In this document: positions 27,172 to 36,912 of the stretch, one piece after another
Numbering within the stretch: position 1 is the first letter of the stretch
Layout: every line of letters begins with the position of its first letter
NCBI GenBank assembly: GCA_049319825.1
Contig: JBMORT010000009.1
Location: 3,349 to 67,348 of the forward strand
Direction of reading: 5' to 3'
DNA length: 64,000 nt
Source: Patescibacteria group bacterium
GTDB taxonomy: Bacteria; Patescibacteriota; Patescibacteriia; UBA11705; DATKZF01
Position numbers and translations under genes: made by a program
Notes under the pieces: generated by a model
The model's input: only the letters and a program-made list of their open reading frames with translations
The model's database searches: none
Told to the model about the DNA's origin: nothing

Positions 27172-28764
27172 ATGGATAAGAGATTAGCAGATAAAAAATG
27201 GCGTATAAACCATTTATATAAAATTAAAGATAAAGACGGGAAAACAATTCAATTCAAATTGAATCGAGCGCAAAAGGAGTTTTTTGAAAAAAAGCACACG
27301 AAAAATATTATCTTAAAGTCAAGGCAGTTGGGATTTACGACGCTGGAAGCCATAGACATGCTGGATGACGCCTTATTCACAAGGAATTACGACGGATTAT
27401 TGATAGCTCACGAAAAGGAAGAGGCGCTCGATATATTCGACAATAAAATAGATTTTAGCTGGAAAAACTTGCCGGAGCCGATTCAGCGATTATACCAAGT
27501 CGATACTGATCGCGCGAATAAAATCAAGTTTGGTTTTGGGGATAATACTTTCAGCAGTTTATCGGTAAAATTATCCGGTCGTTCTGGGACATATATGCGA
27601 GTCCACATTTCGGAATTTGCTAAGATTTGTAGGAAATATCCCATAAAAGCAAAGGAAATTATAAGCGGAACGTTTCCGTCCGTGCCGATTGACGGCAGAA
27701 TAGACATTGAAAGCACGGCAGAGGGCGAATACGGGGAGTTTTATGAGATGTTTTGGGAAGTATGGAATAGAGGAGAGCCGGAAAACGAATCGGAATATAA
27801 GGCGTTTTTCTTTAATTGGACTTATGATGACGCCGAAATAAACAAAATAATTCATATAATTCCGATTGAAGAAATGGATCAATCGAATAAATTCGCTGAA
27901 ATAAAAGCAAGATATTCATTATCGGATAAACAAATTACATATTATTATCAGAAATGGTTATCGTTAAAAAAAGATTGGAATGTTCTGAAGCAAGAATATC
28001 CCACGACCCCGGAGGAAGCCTTTGTCAGTTCCGGCGGGAAACACTTTGACATAGAGAGTATTGAAAGGCAAAGACAATACATTAAGCAGGGCGAGAAAGT
28101 CGGATATTGGATATTTTTCAAAGAATACCGGCCAAATCATAATTATGGTATTGGATCCGATGTCAGTGAGGGAGTAGGTCAAGACGCAAGCTCGGCCCAA
28201 ATAATTGACTTTTCATTGAAGACGCCGGCAATTGTGGGAGCATATTATAACGATAAAATAGCTCCGGATTTATTCGCCTATGAGCTTAAAATGGGCGGTG
28301 AAAAGTATGGAATGGCGGTTATAGCGGTAGAGAGAAACAATCACGGTTTTGTTACTTTAACCAAACTAAAAGAAATTTATCCCGTTCACAAGATTTTTAA
28401 AGAAGTTGTCCCCGATGTTTTAACTCAAAAACCGACGGATAGGCTGGGCTGGAAAACGACTTTATCAAGCAAACCTAAAATGTTATACGATTTGAAGACT
28501 GCATTGATTGATGACGCAATAGAAATACCTTGCGAGGCGACGATTCATGAATTAAGAACATACCCAAGCGAGGACATTCAAGCATTAAAGGTTAAAGATG
28601 ACGTGGGGAAGCATTGGGACCGAGTAATGGCGCTGGCGATCGCATACCAAATGAAAAATCACATTGATCAATATGAAGATATTGAGGACGAAATAGATTG
28701 GGAGCGTGAAGTGCGGGAGTTCCGTGGTAAAAAAGAGAAAAACATTCATAATAGATTTAGATAA
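27172..28764 (+). CDS. Terminase large subunit
   Basis: LKSRQLGFTT, HISEFA, ESTAEG, GSDVSEGVGQD, VERNNHG, DRVMALAIA. Confidence 0.93.
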   Translation: MDKRLADKKWRINHLYKIKDKDGKTIQFKLNRAQKEFFEKKHTKNIILKSRQLGFTTLEAIDMLDDALFTRNYDGLLIAHEKEEALDIFDNKIDFSWKNLPEPIQRLYQVDTDRANKIKFGFGDNTFSSLSVKLSGRSGTYMRVHISEFAKICRKYPIKAKEIISGTFPSVPIDGRIDIESTAEGEYGEFYEMFWEVWNRGEPENESEYKAFFFNWTYDDAEINKIIHIIPIEEMDQSNKFAEIKARYSLSDKQITYYYQKWLSLKKDWNVLKQEYPTTPEEAFVSSGGKHFDIESIERQRQYIKQGEKVGYWIFFKEYRPNHNYGIGSDVSEGVGQDASSAQIIDFSLKTPAIVGAYYNDKIAPDLFAYELKMGGEKYGMAVIAVERNNHGFVTLTKLKEIYPVHKIFKEVVPDVLTQKPTDRLGWKTTLSSKPKMLYDLKTALIDDAIEIPCEATIHELRTYPSEDIQALKVKDDVGKHWDRVMALAIAYQMKNHIDQYEDIEDEIDWEREVREFRGKKEKNIHNRFR

Positions 28765-28766
28765 TT

Positions 28767-30545
28767 ATGACGCAAGACAATGTTTTTGAGCGAATAAGAA
28801 ATTACGAAAATGATTTTTTGAATAAAAAGGCCAAGATTGTTGGCGGATATTATTTCGATCAGCTTGAGACGATAAAAAGAATCCATTTATATTACGCCTC
28901 GCAGTTTGATAACGGCAACAGCGATGAGTTTGGATATAAATATTTTTATAATGAATCGAAGCCGCGCTGTAAAAACGCCACTAAAAACATAGATTTTGAT
29001 ACAAAGGATATTCAAATTAAGGCGGTAAACGGCGGGCTTGATTATCATAAGGCGATGATAATGAGAACGGATGTCCGGAGGTGGATGCGCCAAAGACAAT
29101 TAGGCAAGGTTATAAACGAATCCGTGATCAAGGTGCCGCGATATGGAACGTTTGTTTTAAAAAAATCAAATTCAAAAAAAATAGTTGAGCCGGTGGATTT
29201 GAGAAATATCAAATGCGATACCACGGCGAACTCATTGCAGGATACTTGGGTAGTAGAAGATCATTATTACACCACCTCGGAATTGCGGAAAATGAAGGAT
29301 ATTTGGAATAGTGAGGCAATAGAGCTCGCGATTAAAAGCTTTATAACGCATAGAAAAGAAAATTATGATGATGGCGAGATAAGCGAGAGTGGAGAAAAAG
29401 GAAACGCGCAATATATTTTGGTTAAAGAGTTTTATGATGATGTCCCCGAAAATTGGGTTGTAGATAATGGAGACAATGAAAAACAGGTTTTGGCGCAGTT
29501 CGTGGTGATTATGCCGGAGGATTCTGAGAAAAAAGGAAGCCAAAATGATAATAAAAAACAAGGATTAACCCTGTTTAAAGAGGTTTTAGAAGACGGAAAA
29601 AAGGATTATAAAGAAGTTCATTATGACAGAATTGACGGCCGCTGGCTTGGATGTGGAATCGTCGAGGATAGTTTTGATGGCCAGATGATGAAAAATGAAT
29701 ATATCAATCAAATAATGTTATCAATTAGATTGTCGAATTTAATTCTTTTTCAGACCGAAGACAAGACTTTGGCTAAAAACATTTTATCTGATTTGATGAA
29801 TGGTGACATTTTAAAAGTGAAAGGAATTATTAACCGAATAGACACAACGAATAGAGGAACGCAGGAAAACACGATATTAAACTCTGAAATAGAAAATTTA
29901 TTAAATAAATTATCAAATTCGTTCGAGGTTACTACCGGTGAAAGCATGCCGTCGGGGACGCCGCTGGGACTTGGTCAAATGCTAAATCAAAACGCGAATA
30001 AATTATTTGATTTTATTCGTGAAGAAATAGGGATGTTTTGGCAAGAAGTTTTTGAAGATTGGATCATGCCGGAAATAGAAAAAGATTTAAATAAAGAACA
30101 TATTTTAGAAATTTTAGATAAGGATCAAATAATTTTACTTAACGAAGCGGTAAAAAAAGACAAAGTTTGGGAAGCTATTAAAAAACGAATATTGCAGGGG
30201 CGCGGCACTCCGACACAAGAAGACATACAAAACGCAATGCAGATTATTGATGATCAATTCGCGACAAAAGACACTATTTATCTTGATTTGCCTAAGGATT
30301 TTTACAATTTCAAAAAGTCCGTTGAATGCTATATAACAGACGAAAGGTATAATAAAATGGAGCGCTCTCAAACGCTGATGACGATATTGCAAACAGTTGG
30401 CGGGAATCCGCAATTACTCGATCATCCGATATTCAAACAATTACTTGATTGGGCTCAGGTGGCCCCGTTTAACATGCCAAAGCAAGGCGCGCCAGAGCCA
30501 AATGTAAATAACGCGCCAATGCCGGCGCCGGCGATGAATAAATAA
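28767..30545 (+). CDS. Portal protein (podovirus-type)
   Basis: 592 aa directly after TerL; YGT, GRWLGCGIVE, Pro-rich tail. Confidence 0.8.
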   Translation: MTQDNVFERIRNYENDFLNKKAKIVGGYYFDQLETIKRIHLYYASQFDNGNSDEFGYKYFYNESKPRCKNATKNIDFDTKDIQIKAVNGGLDYHKAMIMRTDVRRWMRQRQLGKVINESVIKVPRYGTFVLKKSNSKKIVEPVDLRNIKCDTTANSLQDTWVVEDHYYTTSELRKMKDIWNSEAIELAIKSFITHRKENYDDGEISESGEKGNAQYILVKEFYDDVPENWVVDNGDNEKQVLAQFVVIMPEDSEKKGSQNDNKKQGLTLFKEVLEDGKKDYKEVHYDRIDGRWLGCGIVEDSFDGQMMKNEYINQIMLSIRLSNLILFQTEDKTLAKNILSDLMNGDILKVKGIINRIDTTNRGTQENTILNSEIENLLNKLSNSFEVTTGESMPSGTPLGLGQMLNQNANKLFDFIREEIGMFWQEVFEDWIMPEIEKDLNKEHILEILDKDQIILLNEAVKKDKVWEAIKKRILQGRGTPTQEDIQNAMQIIDDQFATKDTIYLDLPKDFYNFKKSVECYITDERYNKMERSQTLMTILQTVGGNPQLLDHPIFKQLLDWAQVAPFNMPKQGAPEPNVNNAPMPAPAMNK

Positions 30546-30548
30546 AAT

Positions 30549-30779
30549 ATGAATGAGCAATTGGAAAATATAAGTATTGCTGAGTTGGTTAAGGAGAAAT
30601 TGGATAAATACGCAAGAGAGATGCTGTCTAAGTCTTATAATACGGCGGATAACAACGAAATAGCGATCGAAGCGCTGGGCCGACAAAAGGCGTTCGAGAT
30701 AATACAAGATTTAATCAAAGATATTGATATTGAAATTTCGGCAAAAGACAAAAAAAAGATAATGAATCGGTATAGATAA
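30549..30779 (+). CDS. Small protein after the portal
   Basis: Position typical of podovirus head modules. Confidence 0.65.
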   Translation: MNEQLENISIAELVKEKLDKYAREMLSKSYNTADNNEIAIEALGRQKAFEIIQDLIKDIDIEISAKDKKKIMNRYR

Positions 30780-30793
30780 ATTGACAATCAATA

Positions 30794-30897
30794 AACAGGG
30801 TTGAAATTCAAGGCGATCAGCTGAGCCTTGAAAGAGATTAGCTCAACCCTGTTCTCTTTCAAAAGCTCGGCAGATCACCTTGATCTGCCGTTTTTTT
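30794..30897 (+). promoter_or_regulatory. Terminator/antiterminator switch before scaffold and capsid
   Basis: CGGCAGATCA-CCT-TGATCTGCCG-T7 plus a mutually exclusive long stem 30808-30884. Confidence 0.65.
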
Positions 30898-30947
30898 ATC
30901 GGCAAATACGAGAAAAAACTCGAATTAAAAATTAAATTGTCAATTTT

Positions 30948-31610
30948 ATGTCTATTGAAGACAAAGATGGTTATCAAGACCATAACGCAAATCTTGATGA
31001 AGACGACACTTCTAAAAACGAAGACAAGCTTGATGAAGAAGAGTTTGAAGATGATGAAGATGAAGAAAAATCAAACGAACCAGATTCAAGCAAAAAAACA
31101 GAGGATAAAACCTCTAAAAAAGACCTTGATGCAAAAACAATTCTCGCGCAGAAAAAAAGGTGGCGCGAGAAAGCTCAAAAACTTGAGCAAGAGTTGGCCG
31201 AATATAGAAAGAAACAAGATGAGAGCGAGAAGGCCGAGGACAAGACTCCGAAAAAAATAAATTCCGAAACAAGATTGCTTCGAATGGAATTGAGACAGAC
31301 GTTTTCCGATAAGCAATTGACCGACGAAGACATTGATAAAGCGGTTGCTTTATCAAAAGTCGAAGGGTCGTCGCCCGAAGACGTCATAAAATCTCCTTTA
31401 TTTGAGGCTTATTTGGAAAAAAGAGCGAAAAAAGAGTTAAGGGAAAAAGCAACGCCCTCGCCGTCAAATCGTGGTGGCCAGGCCAAACATGATTTTTCCG
31501 ATATTACTCCGGAGAAAATTCGCAATATGGACGAAAAGGAGTATGCGGAATATCAAAAATGGCGAAAATCACAGGATTCCGGTGGAAGGTTGCGGTTTAT
31601 TCAAGATTAA
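30948..31610 (+). CDS. Scaffold protein
   Basis: Acidic N-terminus, coiled coil, precedes the capsid gene. Confidence 0.75.
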   Translation: MSIEDKDGYQDHNANLDEDDTSKNEDKLDEEEFEDDEDEEKSNEPDSSKKTEDKTSKKDLDAKTILAQKKRWREKAQKLEQELAEYRKKQDESEKAEDKTPKKINSETRLLRMELRQTFSDKQLTDEDIDKAVALSKVEGSSPEDVIKSPLFEAYLEKRAKKELREKATPSPSNRGGQAKHDFSDITPEKIRNMDEKEYAEYQKWRKSQDSGGRLRFIQD

Positions 31611-31629
31611 ATAACTAAACATTTATCGT

Positions 31630-32820
31630 ATGGCGAATAGTTTAACCGCGCTAAATAAAGAGATATGGTCTCGGAACATGCAACTCGTCCGAGAAAAAAC
31701 TCTTTGCGCGATGAGAATTTGTAATTTCGAGTTGCGCAAGGGATTAAGTGATGGAGATAAAGCAAATAAACCTTATAGATCAACACTGAAAGCCGTTGAT
31801 TATACTAAGGGATCGGATGTCACGGCGCAGGATGTTACCGCGACTAACGAATATTTGGATGTCGATCAGGTAAAATGCGTGCCGATTTACGTGGATAACG
31901 TTGATAAGGTCCAGAATAGTTATAAGACGATGGAAGATTTTTCAAAAGACATGCAGGCCGATTTGTCCAGACAAGTCGACGCGAAAGTGTTATCTGAATA
32001 TGATAACGCTACATCTGATGTCGACGATGGCGATATTGGCGGCACGGCATCCAGTTCAGCTGTAATTACTCCATCGAACGTAAACAGATTATTTACTGCG
32101 GCAGGTAAAAAATTAACCAATCAAAATGTGGGTATGGATAGCAGGTTCGCTGTTATCTCTCCGTCAATCCTTGAGATGATCCAGTTATATTTGGGTTCAA
32201 AGGATACTGATTTTGGCGAAAAAGTGGCGATGAATGGTCTTGTCGGCAACAGGTTCGGCTTCGAGGTGTATGTGTCGACTAACTTGACTTATACCGCCAA
32301 ATGGACTCCGGCCGATAATCCCGCTGATACCGCAACGATTACCATTAACGGAGTAACGTTCACCTTCGTTGCAACGATTGGCACGACTCCTGGGAATGTT
32401 TTACAAACCACCAGTTTAGCGGTTACTCTCGATAATTTGGTGGACTTAATCAATAATCCATCTTCGACTACGGCTAATCATGTGGCGTTAAGTCAGGCCA
32501 GTCAGGTTTTGCTGGAAGGATGTGTTGCTACTGATGGAACAACTTACTTGGGTATTGAGTTTGTGGGCGGCGGAGAAGTGGCCGTTACAACATCAGAGGC
32601 TGCGGATGTATGGTCTGTCGAAACTGTCCATTGCTTATTCGGTCAAAAGGGAGCGATTGACTTAGTTTTGCAAAGAGCGCCCGGAATTGGCTTTAACCAA
32701 GAGCCGAAGAGACTGCCGGGTTCTGGTAATTTGATTGCATGGGATTTATACGGGCTGAAAACCTTCGCGGATGGCGCGAAAGGCCTTGTCGATGTCAATG
32801 TTGATAGTTCAGCTTTCTAA
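31630..32820 (+). CDS. Major capsid protein (P22 coat-like, with a beta-rich insertion)
   Basis: MANSLTALNKEIWS, GD, D..D, RFAVISP, GLVGNRFGFEVYVSTNL, LYGLK. Confidence 0.85.
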   Translation: MANSLTALNKEIWSRNMQLVREKTLCAMRICNFELRKGLSDGDKANKPYRSTLKAVDYTKGSDVTAQDVTATNEYLDVDQVKCVPIYVDNVDKVQNSYKTMEDFSKDMQADLSRQVDAKVLSEYDNATSDVDDGDIGGTASSSAVITPSNVNRLFTAAGKKLTNQNVGMDSRFAVISPSILEMIQLYLGSKDTDFGEKVAMNGLVGNRFGFEVYVSTNLTYTAKWTPADNPADTATITINGVTFTFVATIGTTPGNVLQTTSLAVTLDNLVDLINNPSSTTANHVALSQASQVLLEGCVATDGTTYLGIEFVGGGEVAVTTSEAADVWSVETVHCLFGQKGAIDLVLQRAPGIGFNQEPKRLPGSGNLIAWDLYGLKTFADGAKGLVDVNVDSSAF

Positions 32821-32877
32821 GTAATTAAAGAGGGGTAGCTTAACCTACCCCTCTTAAAAATAATTAACATTAATTTT

Positions 32878-33240
32878 ATGGGCAAATACGAATCTAAAGA
32901 GGTTGCTTTCGCGAAGGATTCCGGAATAAGTCAGCAGGTCGTGTCTGGCACGGACTCTTCGCAGGCAATTACTCAGCATTCTCGCGCCGGAAAAATAACA
33001 AGCTCGACGACAAACTTGGGGGCCAAAACGACACAAGACATTACGGTCACGAATAGATACTGTAAATCCGGTTCAATCATTTTATGTTCAGTGTCTGGTG
33101 GCGGCACTGGTGATGTGGTGGTGTCGAGGGTTACTCCATCCGCCGGTTCATTTATTGTCACGATATTAAACGCGGATCCTTCAAACGCGTGCAATGCCGC
33201 TTATGTCGTTCGATATATTATTTTCAACGTGACTGTTTAA
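32878..33240 (+). CDS. Putative head decoration protein
   Basis: Small beta-rich protein after the capsid gene. Confidence 0.55.
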   Translation: MGKYESKEVAFAKDSGISQQVVSGTDSSQAITQHSRAGKITSSTTNLGAKTTQDITVTNRYCKSGSIILCSVSGGGTGDVVVSRVTPSAGSFIVTILNADPSNACNAAYVVRYIIFNVTV

Positions 33241-33257
33241 TTCATAACTTAATATTT

Positions 33258-33395
33258 ATGGCTCCAGAAAAAGAAAAATGGGACGCGCACGAAAAGGCGA
33301 GATTGGCGGCATTGGGCATAGAAGCTAAGACCGACGCCGAGCCAGTATCCGACTCCGAATCGAAGCCGGCCCGAAAAAGAAGGGTTAAGAAATAA
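33258..33395 (+). CDS. Small hypothetical protein
   Basis: MAPEKEKW...RKRRVKK, followed by a hairpin. Confidence 0.5.
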   Translation: MAPEKEKWDAHEKARLAALGIEAKTDAEPVSDSESKPARKRRVKK

Positions 33396-33432
33396 AGTTA
33401 AGGGGAGGGATCCCCTCCCCTCTCTATAAAAT

Positions 33433-33759
33433 ATGATTACTCATAAATTACCGAACGCAAGCGCGACTATCATAACCGTTACGGCTACGGCGACCTTGTT
33501 ATATAGCTTGATCGCAACGGCGGCGTCCGCGGCGCATGGATTGCCAAATACACTTGATGAGGCGGAAATAACACCGATTGACGGCGATGTCCGGTTTATG
33601 CTCGACGGCAACACTCCAACCGGAGCAACGGGACAAAAGGTGGTTATTGGCCAGACGATGACCGTGAAGGGTGTTTTGGCGAAAATGAAACTTATTAGAG
33701 ACAGCGGGGAGAGTTCCAACGTAACCGTGGCTGTTCGGGTAGGGTGGCAAGAATATTAA
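33433..33759 (+). CDS. Putative virion protein
   Basis: DVRFMLDGNTPT motif, beta-rich. Confidence 0.6.
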   Translation: MITHKLPNASATIITVTATATLLYSLIATAASAAHGLPNTLDEAEITPIDGDVRFMLDGNTPTGATGQKVVIGQTMTVKGVLAKMKLIRDSGESSNVTVAVRVGWQEY

Positions 33760-33765
33760 AAATCT

Positions 33766-34797
33766 ATGCGAAAAAAATTATTTATTATCTCAATCGTAGC
33801 ATTCATCGTCGTTGTTTCGACGCTGAGCTGGTTAAAATTGACCAACGCTCAAGTTTCTAACCCTATTTTTTGGAAGAGAACGGGAACCACGGTGCAATTA
33901 CTTAAAGACACTTGGAGCTTGCTCGTGAATAACTTGACCGTAGACGGGACGTTCACTTTCAGCGGTGCTGTTTCTGGTGGGAATTTGACCGGCATTCAGA
34001 GGATGTTTGGATCGAGTGACGCAATTTTGGTTGGATATGGCTCAGATAGTCATTCTTTAGCCGCCAGCGATGATTTATATGTTGGTGGAAAATTCGAGGT
34101 CGACGGCGCGTCTTATATCGACGGCGCGATGACTGTTTATACGGCAAACGGGATTGACATTACGCCAGGGTCTGATACGGACACGGATTTACTGACTTTG
34201 AATGTAACGGGAACGCCAAAACTATGGTGGGACGAAAGCGAAGATTATTTAACGACTTCATCGTCTTTCGCCACCGGGCCGATAGTATTGACGACCGACG
34301 CCGGCCTCGTGCCGTTCGTGGATATGTCGATTACGAGCTCCTCGGCAATAAATACGGAGCATAGTATTCTATTTTCATTAGATAATGATTATTTTTTGAA
34401 AGTATACGCTGAATCCGACGGAGCTGGGGGAATACAGAAGCCGTCCATTAGAATGTATAAACCAGTCGCTTATCCAACGACGGGTATAAATAGCTATGCC
34501 ACGGCAGACACGATTACTGCAACGGCAACGAGAATGAGAATAACAAGCTCAGTCGGCAATGTATCTATGACGGCCACGCCCACGATCGCCGACGGCTCGG
34601 TTGACGGCCAGATGTTGATATTGCAAGGGACTGATGACGGGAATGTTTTGACCTTGCAGGACGAAAGCAGTTTGGCAAATTCGGGCTTACAGCTTACAGG
34701 CGGGTCGGATTGCGCCTTGGCGAGCGGAGATATTTTAATGGTTATGTATAATTACGCGACTGATAAATGGTTAGGAATGGTTTGCTCAAATAATTAA
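33766..34797 (+). CDS. Fibre/adhesin-like protein with an N-terminal signal peptide
   Basis: MRKKLFIISIVAFIVVV...TNAQ; T/S/G-rich beta repeats; DGQMLILQG...KW C-terminal domain. Confidence 0.65.
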   Translation: MRKKLFIISIVAFIVVVSTLSWLKLTNAQVSNPIFWKRTGTTVQLLKDTWSLLVNNLTVDGTFTFSGAVSGGNLTGIQRMFGSSDAILVGYGSDSHSLAASDDLYVGGKFEVDGASYIDGAMTVYTANGIDITPGSDTDTDLLTLNVTGTPKLWWDESEDYLTTSSSFATGPIVLTTDAGLVPFVDMSITSSSAINTEHSILFSLDNDYFLKVYAESDGAGGIQKPSIRMYKPVAYPTTGINSYATADTITATATRMRITSSVGNVSMTATPTIADGSVDGQMLILQGTDDGNVLTLQDESSLANSGLQLTGGSDCALASGDILMVMYNYATDKWLGMVCSNN

Positions 34798-34802
34798 AAA
34801 TT

Positions 34803-36149
34803 ATGATGAAACGGTTCAAATTATTATTTATCGTGTTTCTCATAGCGATTACAACGCTTGTCAGTTTTGGATTCGCGGATGCCGCACAACAAAAAATAGC
34901 GTTCAAAAACCTGCTGGTGGACGGGAATATGGAAAAATCTGGCGTGACGGATTGGACTACGGGCGGGTCGCCGACGGTAACCAAGTCGACATCAAATCCA
35001 TTTTCTGGGACACAAGTTTTGCGCGTCGCAATAGGCGGCACGGCGAATCCTTATGTATATCAATCGGTATTAACCAACGGACAAACATATAGAATACAGG
35101 GACGGACACGAGGAGACGCAACGGCTTATCCCGAATTTAGGTCGGCCACTGATTCGATGGTATGGACGGGAACTACAAGCACTACTTGGCAGCCTTTCAA
35201 TTTTACGCATACGGCGACAGGAACTTATATCCGAATGAATACGAGAGGGAATGCTGGCGGTGGGAATTACGTTGAATGGGAAGACGTAACGATAACGCTG
35301 GAAGCGCCTCCCCAGAAAGTCGCGTTCAAAAATCTGTGGGCAGACGGGAATTGCGAGGCCAGCGGAGTTACGGCATGGTATGCGTATCGAGATAACGCCA
35401 GCAAATCAAAACAAACGGCCAATCCATTCAAGGGGACGCAGTCTTTTCGTTCCACTATTCAGGCCGGATGGGTAGACGAAGGTGTGTCTTCTGGTCCCGT
35501 TCTAACCGTTGGTAAAATATACCAAATTAAATATCGCGGACATGGCGACGGGACTATTGGCACGACATTATATCAAGGAACGGGACAGAGTTTACTTGGC
35601 GCGGCATTCTCAAGCTCTACTTCATGGCAAGTTGGGACTACTTATACTTTCACTGCGGCATATACCAGCGTTATGTTTTATATTTCCGGTTCGCCGGGCA
35701 ATTACATCGAGCTGGACGATATAACGTTGACCGAATACACCCCTCCCCAAAAAGTCGCGTTCAAAAACCTGCTGGTGGACGGGAATATGGAAGCCAGCGG
35801 GACGACGGCGTGGACGTCCAGTAGTGGTGCTGTAATAACTAAACAAACAACAAACCCATATTCGGGGACGCAATGTATAAGGATTGCTACTAGTGGATAT
35901 GCCTATAATAGTTTTGCAATAACGGTCGGTCAAACATATAGATTGCAAGGTCGAGCAAGGAGTGATGGGACAAGCACGCCAGTAATTGGTCAAGGTGGGA
36001 ATACTCTGTGGACGGGGACGACTTCGACGGCATGGCAACCGATAAATGTTTCTTTCACCGCAAGTGGACTGACTTCATTTAGGCTGTATGCGAATCCCGG
36101 CGGAGGAACATATAGCGAATACGATGATTTGACATTAACACTCGAATAA
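34803..36149 (+). CDS. Signal-peptide protein with three CBM4/9-like domains
   Basis: 3 x QK(I/V)AFKNL..DGN.E....W repeats ending in D(D/V).T.T. Confidence 0.75.
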   Translation: MMKRFKLLFIVFLIAITTLVSFGFADAAQQKIAFKNLLVDGNMEKSGVTDWTTGGSPTVTKSTSNPFSGTQVLRVAIGGTANPYVYQSVLTNGQTYRIQGRTRGDATAYPEFRSATDSMVWTGTTSTTWQPFNFTHTATGTYIRMNTRGNAGGGNYVEWEDVTITLEAPPQKVAFKNLWADGNCEASGVTAWYAYRDNASKSKQTANPFKGTQSFRSTIQAGWVDEGVSSGPVLTVGKIYQIKYRGHGDGTIGTTLYQGTGQSLLGAAFSSSTSWQVGTTYTFTAAYTSVMFYISGSPGNYIELDDITLTEYTPPQKVAFKNLLVDGNMEASGTTAWTSSSGAVITKQTTNPYSGTQCIRIATSGYAYNSFAITVGQTYRLQGRARSDGTSTPVIGQGGNTLWTGTTSTAWQPINVSFTASGLTSFRLYANPGGGTYSEYDDLTLTLE

Positions 36150-36152
36150 TAT

Positions 36153-36410
36153 ATGGAAAGCAGCATATTAAAAATCTTGGTGGAAGGCGGCTCGATTTGT
36201 GTAATGATAGTTGTGCTTGTCTATTTTCGATATAAAGATGGTTTGGTTCACGAGGAGCGAATGGCTTATAACAAGACGATTAACAATCACCTTGACCACC
36301 AGACCGCGGCGGATATTCAGAGAGCGCAAGCGGATAAAGAGCTGGCTATGGCGATAACGGAATTGAAAGACGCCGTGCAAGGATGCCCGACGAATTACAA
36401 ACACAAGTAG
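36153..36410 (+). CDS. TM + coiled-coil protein (holin-like)
   Basis: One TM, then INNHLDH coil; in the lysis region. Confidence 0.55.
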   Translation: MESSILKILVEGGSICVMIVVLVYFRYKDGLVHEERMAYNKTINNHLDHQTAADIQRAQADKELAMAITELKDAVQGCPTNYKHK

Positions 36411-36435
36411 AACATTGACATAAAGGAGGTAAACG

Positions 36436-36609
36436 ATGAGATGCGATGACGTGAGGCGGACGCTCAACAACAGCAAAACGCATAAAAGCAGACCATTGCT
36501 ATTATCTTGTTTGATTCATTTGCGAGAGTGTGAATCGTGCGAGAATTGGTGGAAAAACAAAAAAAAGAAACGGCAGACAAAACTGAAAGTGAGCTGGGAA
36601 TGCAGGTAA
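36436..36609 (+). CDS. 57-aa zf-HC2/ZAS-like protein, absent from the ORF track
   Basis: AAGGAGGT RBS; MRCDDVRRTL...HLRECESC. Confidence 0.55.
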   Translation: MRCDDVRRTLNNSKTHKSRPLLLSCLIHLRECESCENWWKNKKKKRQTKLKVSWECR

Positions 36610-36779
36610 TAACAAAAATTGAGCATTGGTGCTGTAAATGCGACACTCCAAGAGTGTGTTACATATTGCGGCGCAAAGTCTCGGACAAAGAAGTCATCAT
36701 CTATTACTGCTCATATTGCGGTAGTGAAGTCGAAAAAGAAATAATACCTCCTTTACAGGCGGAAGTTAACGCGTGTTAA
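36600..36779 (+). CDS. Small Zn-ribbon protein
   Basis: CCKC...CSYC; start taken at MQVIT. Confidence 0.5.
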   Translation: MQVITKIEHWCCKCDTPRVCYILRRKVSDKEVIIYYCSYCGSEVEKEIIPPLQAEVNAC

Positions 36780-36912
36780 CTTCCTTTTAACAAGTTAACA
36801 AGAAAAATATTCAAATTATTGATTCGATAATTAACGGAATTATTGATTATTGGTAAATAGTTTTGATTTCGACGCTTTTTATCTTCCTATTGATTTATTT
36901 ATTTAAAAAAAT

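Noticed and set aside
32828-33421. Hairpins at 32828-32855 and 33401-33421 as terminators
   Set aside because: No proper downstream U tract; more likely stability or processing stems.
24888-36149. Diversity-generating retroelement behind the hexamer or CBM repeats
   Set aside because: No reverse transcriptase in the window and no TR/VR pair with adenine-specific differences was seen.
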